Source: Raillietiella orientalis (Eukaryota). Taken from it: DNA of 64,000 nucleotides. Of the stretch, positions 1 to 14,000 are shown in pieces. The position numbers and the translations under genes were made by a program. The notes below the pieces were generated by a model. The model ran no database searches and was not told the origin of the DNA. It saw nothing but the letters and a program-made list of their open reading frames with translations. The DNA lies in contig JAYWIR010000073.1 in the NCBI GenBank assembly GCA_036172245.1, positions 310,001 through 374,000 on the forward strand, read 5' to 3'. Position 1 is the stretch's first letter; each line of letters starts with the position of its first letter.

Positions 1-39
1 CTTGACGATCCCTTGCGGCATTTGATAATTTGGTTTCCA

Positions 40-760
40 AATGAAAAAGGGAAAAAAAATAGGTCGTATGAGCGATTTTCAAGGCCAACCAGCCTAAAGA
101 GCCAAGCAGTGTGGATGCTGGATGGGAGTCGGAAGAATCGCCATCCGATTCTTCGCCAACTTTGTAGCCCATGGAACCACACTTAGTTTGGTGTATGTCA
201 TCGTCTGTCTTCTTCAACTTGGTCCGCTTGCCATCCTGAAAGCGCCACACTGTAGGAGGATCCTCCAGACATGAGAGTGGTCGGGGGTCATCTTCTTGCT
301 CACCGTGGGGTACACTTCGATGCTAGGGAAGCACGAGCTGGAGGGAGAACCGAACAGATGTCATTCACCGTGTCCGGGAGAAGCCTCAGCCAAGGAAAGC
401 TTTTGGAAATACTTTCAACCATTATCCATGCAGCAGCCGTATCTCCATTTATATCCACGTAGAGAGCCAAAAGAAAATCCTCTGGAGACAGAATTCGCAA
501 ATCGAAGGAGTCTGCAAACTTTGAGCCACCGATTCTCATGCCATTTATTGATTCCAAAGTTGTAATTGGATTGATGGAAGTGCGATTTCGTAGGCAAAAG
601 TGCTGTGAGCCAGAGAGGAGAAAGGAGGAGAGGGCAGCCTCGAGAGGAACGTGTGCGGCGCTGAACCGAGATCGGGGGATTTCGATGTAATCTGTGACAT
701 GAAGGATATTCAAGAAGGCTGCCGACGTTACATTTCGGAAGTGAATTTTCCGCCTAGTCA
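40..760 (-). mobile_element. Possible decayed non-LTR retrotransposon 3' end
   Basis: Broken minus-strand frames give ...SKCTPR / HSHVWRILLQCGAF..., resembling the C-terminal zinc-knuckle region, followed by a T-rich tract like the other copies in this window. Weak. Confidence 0.25.
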
Positions 761-2168
761 AAAGAAATCCGCCCCTCGAACAGGATGGTTGGAAGGGGAG
801 GTGGGAGAAAAAAAAAAAAAAAAAACATGCAGGAATTGAAAATGGGATTGTTTATGTTTGCGCACATTCGTGGCTCAACTTGCTGGCTTGAAAGCAGCAG
901 CATTTCTTGCTCGCCTCGGTTCGAAGTTCTTACAAGTGGAGGTGCTTCCTAACATTTTCATCTTCTTCCACGCACGACCACAGCGTCTTCAGAATGTGCA
1001 AACAGTTTGTACCCTTCTCGTTTCCACCTTCCCCTCTCCCCTCCCTCCCCCCCAAAAAAAAGAAACGCTTTGCGTTTCATTTCGCAAAAGGTGATATGGC
1101 TGATAAAACTGCTACCTATTTCATTGGCTGACTTTTTACATGATTACATTCCCAAACATCATCGTCCCATCACCAGACAAGAGGATCAGCAATGTGCAGC
1201 AACTCCCTTATCTGTAAACAGACATCCGTCCTGTCAGGAAAGCATTTCCGGAAAGCTGCTGCTCGCGGCCGTCACATTTCAGCAGTGCGAATGCCATAAG
1301 GCGATGGGCGGTTCTGCTTTTTCAGAAGAGCGAAAGGCCGAGGGCATAACTGCCGTCTCGCGCGTGTGGAACGAAAAGTTTTTTCCCCTTTTCCCTTCCG
1401 GCAGAAGCAAACCGCTCGTTCGGTTCTCCATCCAGCCTCCAGAACGATTCCCGAAAGGGAGATTTCCGAGAAGCATCGCGGAAGCGGTTGTGCCGACCGG
1501 AAGGAGTTTCGCCGGAGTCGTCGCCCTTCCGAAAAAGAACCCATCGGTTCCGTTTCCGATGTGCATCCGCGGATTCCGAGTAACGGAGCGCCGCTTTTCG
1601 GATGCCGACTGCGGCGCCAGCGTAAAGCCCGACTGGCCGTCCTTGCTCCAGCGGAAGGGAATGTCACAGCTTGACCTGCAGCCGAGGATCGTGCGTCGCA
1701 AGAAAGCTCCGGCGAGATGGGTATTGGATTCGAAGAAGCAAACGCCCGGATTCGATCGCGGGTGCAGTGAATAGGCGGCCCTCCCGCGTACCTAAAACTC
1801 TGCCAGGCTGGAGCTCGAGTTGGGGGGCACCGACTTTTCCGGGGTGCGCTCACGCGAGTGCGTGCGCGTTCGGTACGCGACCAAGTCATGCCGAAAATGC
1901 CAAAGGGTTACAAGTCCACGAGCAAAGGAACAGATGTTTGATTTGCATTCCGTTCCACGCCTTCGCGGGCCTCTCGTTGCTTCGTGCACGCTTCCTGGTG
2001 AAGCTGGATAAGCTGCGTGAAGCGACCTCGGCGGCAAACCCGGCTCTCCCGTTCCCTTCACATCAAGAAAAGTTCTTCCCTTCAGTTCTGTTCGCTCAGT
2101 CGCGAGCGAAAGCATCGGTGGAAGGCGTCCCAAACGGATGTTATGAGCACCCCAGTTTTCCTTTTCAG

Positions 2169-5100
2169 GTGCCTGCGACAGCTTTCTGGGTGCCGGAAAG
2201 TGCCCTTGCCCCTCAAAGTGCTCCTCAGGATTTTGCGGTGAGCGAAGCCGTGTTTTTCTTCGCAAGTAACGCTTCATTCCTTTCGTAACACTTCACATTG
2301 CATGGCTGTGCCGAGCCACGCTCGAAAAAAAAAAAAAAAAATGCCTGAGAATCGCGCCAGCAAACCGACCATGGGGGTGGGGGGGAGGCCGACTGACTCC
2401 CATGGAACCGCCACCTGTCACCTGATTCTCGAGCAGACAGGATGAAAAAGTCATCTCTGCTTTCACAGAGAGAAGAGATCAGTGTGAAGAGAACGTCGGT
2501 CATGCGTTCTGCCCTTGCAATGAAAGGAAGATCTGTGCGTCAGGACTGAAATGTGTGGAAAACCTATGCGGTATAAGCGGCATCACCGAGAAATTCCGGA
2601 GACACACTCGGATGCGACAGGGATGTGTCCGCAATCCTGCTTCTTGCCTGACGAATGCAGAAGACCGCTTACATGCGACAGTGTGACACACATCTGCCGT
2701 AGGCTTTTGGGTGCACTTTTGCCTCATTTCTTTCTTTTTTTTTTTTTTCCTCCTCATCCCGTGCACCTTCGACTCCTGAAGGCACCTTTGCGCAAACTTA
2801 AAATAGCTCAAGTAGAATTGGGAGGACGGACCCTTCCGTCATTGGAAACTTTTAGCCATCTGAACGTTGTTGTGCTTTCCGTGCGGCCCCACGACTTTGT
2901 CTATTCTGCCGCCATCGTGAGTTGCGGTAATGTTGATGGATTTCTGCTAGTGGCATCGTGCATCACATCTCCGAAACCTTCCGGGTGCCCGTGTTCCTCG
3001 GATGACGAATGCGGCGACGGGAAGTGCACCGAAGAGATATGTGGTGAGAGTAAGGATCAACTGGGCGTACGTTTGCGTGGCCACACAAACGGCGTGTTGA
3101 AGAAGCTTTCTAGAAGGAAGCGACCTGGCTTTTGCTTTTGGTTTCGATGTCTGTATATCCCTATGCAGCATTGCCTATAAGTTGCTATTGTGACCACAGG
3201 AACCTCTGCGACCTGAGCGTAGATGTTGAAGTCTTTCCTGCAAGCAGACGTTTTTCTTTGAGCAGTGGGCTGTTTGCAAAACAGAGTAGGTTTCTATTTT
3301 TCCCTTGGATCATGTGGCAGACTTGCTTCTCGCAGCTCTGGGAACTGATGGCAGTACTCAGGTGTAAGCTCTTTGAAATCGGCGCATTTTCCAATTTCCT
3401 ACTGATTCTCTGTGGTCTTTTATTTAAGTAGGGTCTTTGTGCTACTTTTCTAAACCAAAAGGATTCCGGGTATGCATTTCCAGGTAGCAACTGTGCGAAG
3501 ATGCAGGGAAAAGACCATTTCCTCTTGGTGTTTACTTTTTTTTTTTTTTTTTTTAAGCACTGGTTTGAGTTTAGATCCATGCTGTCAGGATTTCTTTCTA
3601 AAAAAAGTGCTCCAGAAGTATTCGTATCTTCTTCGAAACTGACCTTAGCTGACGCTTTTATTCCCCCGTGAATGAATGAGTTCACGTCGACAGTCAGAGG
3701 CGGATCTGTCACCACTCCTTGCAGAATTTCAGCTGTTTTTCACAGGACCTCCTTCACTGCAGTCTGTAGAGGAAACGCAAAATTCTCTCGATGCGTTAAC
3801 GTAGCTGCCACGCCCCGCATGCAGGCAATGGCTTCCTATTTTCCGGTTCCTTTCGACTTTTCATTAATTTCTCCCAAACGCTGTGGTGCATAAACAGAAA
3901 AATAATGGTTCCTTAGTGATGCTGAATATCAAAGAATCTCCCTTTTTCAACGTGCTCCTTCCAAAGAGCTTTCATGGTTTCATGCAAGATGCATTACTTT
4001 TTCTTCGTGCAGTGTCTCAGACGGAAACACATTTTATCCCTGATCTGGACACAGGATCACGCTTTTTGGATCATCAGAAATCGATTGCTCATGCTCCAAA
4101 ACTTTGACTGCCATGTCTTCTTTTGCCACGGCAAATTCTATCGAAAAGGATTAGGTGTGAATGGATGACGGGAGATGTGCTCTCGATACGGTTCGTCGGA
4201 AGCTGCGCTCTCATTTCTGTATCCATTCCTGCTCGTCCTTAATGAAGCCCATGCATCTGATACATTTGCATCTTGGACATTTGTAGTACAAAGGAGGAAA
4301 GGAATCGTGCTTAAGGGCTCGTTCCGAAATGTACATAATGGGAACCCTATTTCAGCCTGGTGCTCATCTAAGGAGAACGACAGAGGCTGCCCTTGCAATA
4401 AATCCATGGAATGCAAAGTGGGTCTCACTTGCGAATGGGGAAGTTGAGGTGAGATTTCCTCACGCTGCCGGTGCAGCATATTCTGGAACCTTTCCTCATT
4501 TCTTCATTGCAAAGCATGTCTTAGCAAGGAACTGGTCCTGCCCGTTCTTCCTATCGAGATCACCAAAGCCATCTCGCTCAGCATTAAGAATTTTCAAAAG
4601 AGTAACACGCACGGTGTCTTTATGGCTTGTGGCGCCGCAAACCCCTGCGATGGTGGAGCACCTTTCCAGAAATCATGCTTTCCAGTTCCCGGTTGCCTGA
4701 AGAAGCCCCTTCTGTCTCTTTGCAGCTGCGAACGCCCTTCTGAGTGTGCAAGCGGCGTTTGCCATGTCTGTTCATTCTGTGGTGAGTAGGGACTTGGCCC
4801 CTTTCTATCAGTTCTATTCTGCAATAGACGAAAGCCAAAACTAATTATTCCGCATGCGCTTGAAAATTTTGGCACAGAAAATAAATGTCTTCAGACTGAT
4901 GCGCGATTCGGTAATCAAAGCCTGGGGTTCGAAAAAGTGTCTATGAAAAGATTTCGTCGGCTGGTGCATCCCAAGCTCGCAAAATTTGGTCCGGACTTTC
5001 CTCCGCCCACTCCCCAAGTCTGAAAATTCGAATCCGTTGCCTTCCTTCCTTGTTCCACTCATTCTCAGCGTGCATCATCATCAAAGTGCGCATTCGTGAA

Positions 5101-8100
5101 GACATTCGTGTCAAATTTCAGGAAGCCTTTTAAAAGGGTATCACCTCCACGCGAAGGAAGCGGTTTCCGTGTTCTTCACGAGTGTCCTTGATCCCTAAAA
5201 TGCCGCGCCTTTAGAAAGGCAAACACCTTTCCTATCTGCTGTACATGTCCGTTCTGCGTGCGGTAGAACTTTAGATTTCCTGACCCAATCGAGCAACGAA
5301 CTGATGGCGTGTGGTTGGTGTACTGTAGAAAGTCATGCTCAGAGGCAGAAAGGAAAACAGAAACAGCCACTAAGCGAAGGAAACATACAGTGGCGATCAG
5401 CATGGAATCGGTCTTCACTCTGCAAGCACTAAAGCTTAAGAAAAAGAGACAACAACCTACTTAGAATGCGCTCACCTATCACTGTCAATGAACAAGCAAT
5501 TCATAGACGTGGGGGAGGGGTGGGGTTCTGCTTTTCTTCTTCTCCTTTTTTTCTTTTTTGCTTCACAAACTTGTCTTTGCTTGTCAGTTCCCTGTGTCCT
5601 AACTCCTGGAGGGAGCAGCCGTGCATGTACTGTCCCTGATGACTGCCGCGGAAAATGCGATTCGAAAGCAGCGGCATGTGGTGAGATTTCTAAAGAATGT
5701 TTGCGACTCCTAGTCTGGGAATCTGCGTGCTGCAACTCGATCTATTTGCATTCTCGTACTCAAATGCATCCAGTCCAAGCAAGAGCGCACATCTCGATCA
5801 AAAGCGAAAAAGGGACAGTTTACGGAGGTTGTCGGAGGTGACTCCGACCTGCTGCTTTCACGCTTTCGTTTCTTTTCATCCCTCACCCTGGCTCTGCTCC
5901 CGAACGCCTTCCCTGGATCAGGAATTTGCCAGCAGATCATAAAGGCTCCCGGATGCCCCTGCACCCAAGACGAAGAGTGCGAGCAGCACTTCTGCAGCGG
6001 GAAAGCTTGCGGTGTGTCTTTGCTTTCGTGAATCGCTGAAGAAAGAGTGCGACGTCAGGTTGCCTTGCGCCTTCTCCCGACGGATGTCGCTGTTCTTTTC
6101 CCGAAGAATGCTTCAACGTCTGCACGAGGGACCCGGAAACAGGAGGGCTGACTTGCCGCGGCGGCGAAGGTACGTTGTGCGAACGCGGTTCAGACCTCTC
6201 CAGCAACAGTCGTGGAATTCCTGGGATGGGACCACCGGTCGATTTTTTCTCAGGAAACTCTCCTCATCCTCCTTTCTCCTCGTAGACTTGTGCTCCGGAG
6301 AGAAAGGCGACGGTTGTGCCTGCGTATCAAACGAGCACTGCAAGTCCAAGTTCTGCGTGAAGTCGGAGCCAGGAGCAACATTCGGAACGTGCTGTGAGTG
6401 CTTCAATGAGGAGCGCGATGCGCTCTTCTTTCTGGATGCTGCGGTCCAGACCGTTGAGGCAGAGCTGAGGAGACGAATGGCTCCTCCTCCCATCCTTCCG
6501 TCGCGGAGTTCGATCGTGCAAGAAAAATTGCCGTTCTTCGGCTCGGCGGGGCTCATTTGACTTGGTCGCCATTCCTCTTCCGTGTGTTCTTCGTAATCGA
6601 CTATTGGCGCTCCGGCGAGCGGCTGCATTCGCGCGCTGCGCACGCAGCGGTTCGCCGGTGCCTGCGGTCGGTTTCGCTTGCGGCGCACGCGCGAAACGCG
6701 AAAACGCTTTTTTTTTTTTCCGTACGACGGCGGCGAAGGCACCGAAACCTTCCAATCCAGCTGTGCCATTGTGTAGATTCTTCTTGCAATTTGAAACCAA
6801 AGGCTCCTTTCTGCCAGTGCAGCTCTCCAGGGGACTGCGAGCACGGCGTGTGCGGAAGGAAAGGGTGGAAGAAAATATGCGGTACGAACCTTTCTACACG
6901 GTTCAGTTGTCCTGGGAACACGGAACACTCCGCATCAATTTGCAAGAACGAGCTGTGCACACGTCCCCTCTTTATTTAACTGTAGTGAACCGCATGGCTG
7001 CTCCGCGACTGCCTGGCTGTTCGTGTTCGTCCAATCACCATTGCAGAGGTCATCGCCGAAAGCATCGCTGCACAGGTATGGTGGGAACTCGGATGCTTGT
7101 GTTGAGGGTGTGCTTTTGAACTTGCTGTTGTTTGCATCCAATGTGGTCCTAGCGTAAGAAGGATTCTTTTGGCTTCGTGGTGACCGGCGGCAGTCCCCAA
7201 GTAGGAAGGGGCCCCCGGTGCTTCTTGCGCTGCTATCACAACCCACGGAGTCGGCTGCTCTTTGTTCAAAGAGAACGTGCATTACATCCACTTCAACACA
7301 GCGCTTGCGACTATGAAGCGAAGCATTCCCTTGAAATGCTTCCCACCTCAGATTCCGGATGCTCGAAAACAAAGTGGCGTCCCAGCGGATGTTCCTGCTC
7401 GATACCGGAAGAATGCGTGGCTGAAAAATGCGTCCCTGGAGAATCTGGGAAAGGTCTGAATTGTGCAGGTAAAGTGTCATCTTTCTAGCAAGGCATCTCA
7501 GCCTTGCACCAAAGTTTCCGCGGACGCAAGAGTTGCATCGTCATTCGGTTTCCTATTCCAGCGTACTGCCTTACCGCTCTTTCTGCATTACTGTCTGAAG
7601 GGTGTCCATGTTCTCATGACAAGCGGTGCCTAGGGTGGATGAAGTGTCTGTAAACAACCGGGACTCGCGGTAGGACTCTCATTTTGCGTGAAAAGTGCTT
7701 GAGCATGGATGGAATGGGTGTCTTCTCAACGACTGCTCTTCTCGTAAGACGCAAAGGCTGCCTTCCGTTTCCGGTTTCCCGGTTCCCTCCCTTTCTTTCG
7801 GTAAAAGGGTACTCAAGGAGGAATAATCGCACTTTGAACCAAACCGAGTGGAAGATGCTGGAAGTTGTCTCTTTTCGCACCGATGCGCTGACCACTAGAA
7901 AGAAGAAACATGCTTATCGGATCAATTAATCACTAAGAGTATCATTAGTTTCGTGATAATCATTGGTCCTGCATATCATTCTTTTTTTGTCCATTATTTG
8001 TCAATTTTTCGGGCGTCGCGTTTTTCTGTGTGGGAACGTAATTGGTATGCGTCTTATTTGGTATCCACCTTGCTGAGCAATCTTGATCACAAGTACGATG

Positions 8101-11014
8101 AAAAACTCTGTCGGAAGGTCAGAAGTGGGGGCTAACATCACACTGCTACCCCACAAGGAACCTCAGGACAGAGGGTACTTGCTTCCGGTTCAGCCTGCGT
8201 CTTCAGAGTACGAAGCGCTTCTCATAGAAATAGGCGAAGGCACTTTGGACAATCCTAAAGGCTTTGGTTTCTCGTGGGCGCTTCCCACGTTTTCCACCTC
8301 TACTGGTCTCAACTAATGAGACACATGGCAGTGCATGAGGAAGGAGGACTGCAAGATCTTCCCAAGCATAATGAAATCCTAAATTTAATGCATATATTTC
8401 TGTCATATTAGTTTTAACTTATCCTGGGATGAACCTGGGCAAAATGATATGCAGAGCCGTAATGTTGAGAATCGCCATCTGTTCTGATCACCGTCAAACA
8501 GTCTCACCTCTTCCGGATACGACGTCACACTGCTCCAGTCGATTGGATCTGGAATCCCAAATGAAAATCTTCAACCTCACTCTCCACCTTTCAAAAGAGA
8601 GCATGGGCCAGTTGGCACAGCTCAATGCGGCAGCCCCCATGCGCACCCATTTTGTCTTCAAGTGACGTAGGCCGAGACGAAAAGCTTACTCGAGCGAACT
8701 CCCATTCCAGTCCGGAAAGTCTCGCGGCTGTGCGGTGGAACAAAAGACCATGTGGTGATCCCGTTTTATGCCTCCTTATGCTTTATCCCTTCTTTCGAAA
8801 ACTCGCTTGACCGCTTCCACTCTGCCGTGGTACGATCTAGTCGCTCGCATGTTGGCGCTCTTGGTTTCGACACGAATCCTGTTTCTGCCTCCACATGCTT
8901 TTGCGGCCCTCCGTCTGATGCTGATGGAATATACGTAAACGGTTCCCTTCTTGGTGGCGCACTTGCGCTCTGGAACATCAGACAGGAATACTATATGGAT
9001 TCCGAATGATGCGAGTGATGACCGGAGAACGATGTTTCCCGTGGAGGGGAGATTTCTTCCTTCGGGATTAAACAAACGCCCGCGGGCACGTGGTCATCTC
9101 GACACGAGTCAGCCGGTGGAGTTGTTTTCCTGAACGGGAGCCCTAGAATTTCGTCGCCGGCGTCCGAAATAACAGCATTATTAGAAAAAAAAAAAAAAAA
9201 AAACAATCTCATTAAAGAAAGGCTCTACGGTGACTTGTTTGATGACTTTTATACAAACTCACTCGCTCAAAGGTCTCAACTTGGTCTTTTCAAACTTTTG
9301 AAATTCAAGAATTGGGACAGCCATGAACTCAATGACCTATGATTTCTAGAGGATTGCACGGCCGCCCCGAAACCTACGGGATGTTCTTGCGAAACCGACA
9401 GTGACTGCTTCAACCACTGCACAAAAGGATTGTGTGCGGACGGTAAGTGCACTTATCTCGTTGACTTTTTACTTGAATTGGAAAAGGGGTGAATGTGCTT
9501 CCAACGTAAGCACTTTGCACACATTGTGCAAAGGGCACAATTCCCCACCTTATTTCGGTTGACCGTTTCAAACAGCGTTCTTCCCAGAAATTTTTCCTCT
9601 GAATTTGTCTCTACGAAATCTAGAGCGGTCTGGTACGACTCCGCCTCCCGGATGAACGATCCCAAAAAGAGGATCGGGTTTTCTCTTCAGGGTCATCCGA
9701 ACCCTTCTAACGAGCACCTTGAAATGCCAACGAAATGGCATGCGCTCTAAGCAGCCGTTCCCGAATTCCCGAGATCTGAATTTCGCGAATGGCATCCATC
9801 GACTTCTCAACTCACATCGGCGACGCCCAATTCGATCACCGAGCGAACCTCCGGATCGCGAACTTTCTGCTCTCCTTACGCGGGGGAAACGCGCGGGGCT
9901 GCTGAAAAATGAAAGTGGAACCCATGTTGGCACTATGGAATTCTAGCGCCAGTGCCAGTGAAAGCTTCTCGTACTGTTTGCACTCCTCCCTTTATTCAGA
10001 TTTGTGTCTCGGATCTCGGCGCCCTGATGGTTGCTCTTGCGATACGAGCGATCAGTGCGCCAGTCGAGCCTGGCTGATGGCGCATTCGGCAGGATTCAAG
10101 AAATGTGGCGAGCATCACCTTCTGCCGGTGCGCCACGTGCCATGTGGTGACGCTTGCGCTCAGTTCAGTGTCTCCGGAAACCGTATCCCGATGGCTGCGG
10201 ATGCAAGAGCGCAACGCATTGCAAGCACTATTGCTTGAAAGAGGCGAGCACCGGATTCCTTGTTTGCAGTAAGTTTCACTCCTGAAAGCTGGAGAAGGAC
10301 ACCGTGGTGACTAGCGAGAGCGGTCACATGGAGTGACTTGGGCCGCAGCATCTTGCGGTTGGAAATTCCGATCGCAAGCATCCCAGCTGCACTGTTGCCA
10401 AGCGACTTTTCCTGTACAGCGAAAGAGATGATTCCCAATGGATGCTCTCTTTACTAAATTTTGCTCATGATGAAAATTCATCGCAAGGAATAATCCTTCT
10501 GAATGTGACCAAAACTCCTATCGGTTTCCCTTAGAGTGCCCGTGTTTGAATGGCGGTAGATGCGAAGCCAAACTGAGAGACCTTGTGAATTGCACCTGTC
10601 CTGAAGCATATTTTGGCGACCTCTGCGAGCAGAGGAAATGGAGTAAGTGGGAAAAGGACATTCTTTCCGCACCTTTCTCTCTTCATCATCTCATCTTATC
10701 ACCCCCATTAATCTTTTTTTATTGATCCTGGATTGTCGGCTTTTCATCCAGGATTGGACACCTTCACCATCATCATCCTCACCTTTCTCGGGATCGTCTT
10801 CCTCCTTGTGTTGCTTGCCAGAGCACTCTTGTCTTTGTTTATGAAAGGTACGCTTGTCCGCTGCCGCCTTCCGCGTGAATGCCTGGCTCCGATTTGTGCT
10901 CCTTCCCCAAGGGCGTGAATGATGCTCCATGTTCTGTCATCCCGTCATGTAGAACCAACGCTCTGGAGCGCTTTGGCAGAACGGCATGCTCTGGCGTCAC
11001 CAAAGTCTGAGTAG
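2169..11014 (+). CDS. Multi-exon Cys-rich repeat + EGF + transmembrane protein (type I membrane architecture); partly disrupted, 5' end not found
   Basis: AG/GT-bounded exons, each a multiple of 3 in length and phase 1-1: 2169-2237, 2469-2570, 2621-2698, 2951-3043, 4356-4448, 4686-4781, 5588-5680, 5922-6011, 6286-6393, 6777-6881, 6986-7075, 7352-7468, 7562-7669, 9350-9442, 10000-10107 (GC donor), 10164-10268. Example products: CITSPKPSGCPCSSDDECGDGKCTEEIC and CTAAPKPTGCSCETDSDCFNHCTKGLC. Then EGF exon 10535-10642 (CPCLNGGRC...CTCPEAYFGDLCE), TM exon 10752-10847 (IIILTFLGIVFLLVLLA) and a possible tail exon 10953-11014. Confidence 0.8.
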
Positions 11015-14000
11015 GAAGTTCAGTGACGTTTCCGTATCAAGTCTGCTGAAAATCCTGCTTCAAGGGAATGGCTGCAGCTTCTTTCCGATTGCAGGAACAG
11101 GGACGATTCGAGTGCCAATGCGTGCGATGCACATCTCCTCGCTTCGCCATCACCGCGCCAGTCGCTCGCCATGGTACGAACCGCTTCGAGCCATCAGGGA
11201 TGCCCGCGTTTCTTTCTTTCACGCATCCTCCGAGCGAAGTGTGGGCAAGGGTGTTGTTGCATGCAGCCGGAGCGTTCGAGCTCGCAGCGTCTCCCTATTC
11301 ATTATGGGAGTTATTCTTGCGGTTACGGTGCCCTTTCCACGTTGCTTGGTGATCGATCCGGTATGCATTTTGTTCCAGGTTCGACCATGCTGCCCTTCGC
11401 CTCCCGAGAAGAATACGAGATGCTGCTGGAAGTCAAATGAATCATCCGGCAACCTGTCGTGGTCATGGCTGGACTGAGGTCCCTCTCTCGTTGCGGTGAC
11501 CTTCCTCGGAGGAGGCGTCGTTCCTTCCGATCTTCCACACCGCACGGAGCCAATGGACCCATTTGGAATAAAGGCGACCATTCGGTTTGACTTTCCGAAG
11601 ACGCACCGAGTGCCTCGCCTCCCGTTTGCGCGGGAGTGTTTCGTGCTGCCTTCGGAAAGGAGAGCACGAACAGCATCCGAGGGAAGAGAATGCTTCCATA
11701 AAGATGAGGCAAATGAATCGCACCTCGCCTTGCCCACGGTCCCTTTCTCAGAACGGCTCCTCTCTTGGAAGGCAGCCTTGGATGTGTGCGTCAGCGGCGC
11801 CATTTCGGCTGCACCCGCCCAATCCTTCGTTGCAGTCTGACAACGTCACAAAAGCTGCTCTGTGAGGATGCGTGCGCTGGGCTCCCGTCGCTCTTCTAAC
11901 GCACGTGGCTGAGCAAAGAATTCCAGCTGAGGATGGGCCCACCACGAGGTTTGCGGGGAATTTTCTGTCTTCGTTTCGCCGGAGGGCGCGACCGGCACTT
12001 CGGCTGGGGCGAGCAGCGGCTGCTGGTGCGACTTGCCAACGAAAAGTGTCACGAGCTGACCCAGGAGGGCTATCTCCGATGGCCACCTGTGCAGGATGGT
12101 GGGTACTACGGGCGTTGTCCACTATGTGTACATCCCTCCCATCACCCCATTGCTCTGTAGGGCTTCAGCACGTCTTCGGGTAGAACAAAACCAAATTCCA
12201 GAAATCGAATCCGTCTAAGATAATCAGCTCTAATGAACACCTTGTAAGCCGTGCAGAAACCCTCGCGCTCCATGGTAGGTGGGACGTTCCATCGTTTTCT
12301 CGGAGGCTGCTAGCGAATTTTTCCGATGTGAAATAGGGGCGTAGGAGACGAGGCCTTGATATGAAGATGTGAACCGATAGGCTTTCGAAGTTCATTCTGA
12401 CCAAAATCCCGGAACGGTCTTCCTTCCGGTCTCCCTTGGGCATGTCGAGAAAACAATCCTCCTCCACCAACTTGCTTCCTCGCCGCCCCTCATTGGCTTA
12501 TTAGTGATCCGCCTTCTGGAAACGAACACTTCGTTTTTTCCGCGGCCTCGGTTCTCGCGTTCCAGCAACTTCATCTTTCAAAGGGCATCTTCCAAGACAA
12601 GGATACTGGGCTGGCTCAGCAGAGGGGAGAGCGAAATACCTGCCGAAGGGCGTGCGAGGCACTTGCAGCAACCGTGGTGTAGTACGCCCCGAGCTCCACG
12701 GATGGATGCCAGGAAAAGGAGGTCATCCTCGTCCGTGGATCGGTGAGCGCACTTTACACGCTGCAGGAAACCACAAAGGGCACTTCGTTTGCCCTGAACT
12801 CACGCATTGCCCGTATGGATGTGCAAACGGATCACGCGTGAGCCGTCCAAACATTTCCAGGCGAACGTGCTCGGGAAGCACAGCCAGTGCACAGTTCGTT
12901 TCGCAGCCCACTCTCTTCCGACGTCAACGCAGCAGCACCAGAGACTTGCAAAGACCAGAACGGCTGCTGAGCGCATTCCATGTGGCATTCACGGAGCTGT
13001 CCCACTGTCGCCCACCTGCGAAACACGAACTCCCTCCCTCCCTATCACTCTCCGAGTTATCTCTCCGCTTTGCTTCCTGTTTCTCCCTCTGCTCCAATTC
13101 CTTCTCCAATGACCACCTGCGCATCCTTCTCGCTCCAGAGTCAGCATGGTGACGCTCGCCCTTTACACAATGCAACGCTCCGTCGACGTCCATCTTCCCC
13201 GAGGCTTGGAGATCTCCCCTACAACAGCAAAATGCCGATTTCCCTGTTCCGACCTGTAGAGGGGTGAATTTGGGAAGCAACTTTGAAACAAAGAGCGCAA
13301 TCACGCATCTTTCTGCAGACACTTTGTCGAGTATTCCTGCACGCAGCATCCCACAAGTCAACAAGTACCACTTTCTGCGTTCAATTTAAAAGAAAATCTT
13401 TTCCTATTGGTCGAGGGGCAATGGAGTCCGGTGAGCTGTCCACTCGCTTGGGGCCATCCGCCACCTTCTGCAACATGCAGCGGAAACTCAAGGGGGATCG
13501 TCTAACTGATCTCCGTTTCCCTGTCGATGACTGCTCGGACGATGGTCGTCGCGAGCTCTGCTGTGTTCCGCATCGGTATGCCCTTCTTATCACGTTGCTC
13601 GTAGCGAAGAGGGCAACGGTGGTCCGTCCCAAGAGATTGTATGGCGTTGCCCTTCCCTCCAGTCACTCCCGCCCGCACCTCCATCTTCGTTTTCGCTCTG
13701 CACGCGGGCCCCCCCGCCGGTCAATCCTGGCGCAGAGCCGGCCAACGCGAAGTCGGGATTCCCTGGCTGCGCATGCCTGGCAGTGCTCGTCCCGGCTGCC
13801 ACCTGTTCAACCGTTCAGTCTGGAGCCACCCGGCCTTCCCCCGTGGCCAATCCATCGGGAGGTCATCATCCCGAGCTAGTCCGCGGGTCGGTCTCCTCCT
13901 CCACCTCCTCGTTGTGCCCGCCGATAACAGGCCTTCATTTTCAGGACCCCGTGGCTACTGGCAGCCACCTCGAGTGCGTCACCTTCTCTCCGTTTACCCT

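Noticed and set aside
4445..4447. TGA at a conserved Cys as selenocysteine
   Set aside because: Single instance; other exons show TAA and Cys>Arg/Trp decay, and no SECIS was identified.
5636..5670. Hammerhead-like ctgatga...gaaa
   Set aside because: Lies within a coding exon and the required stems are absent.
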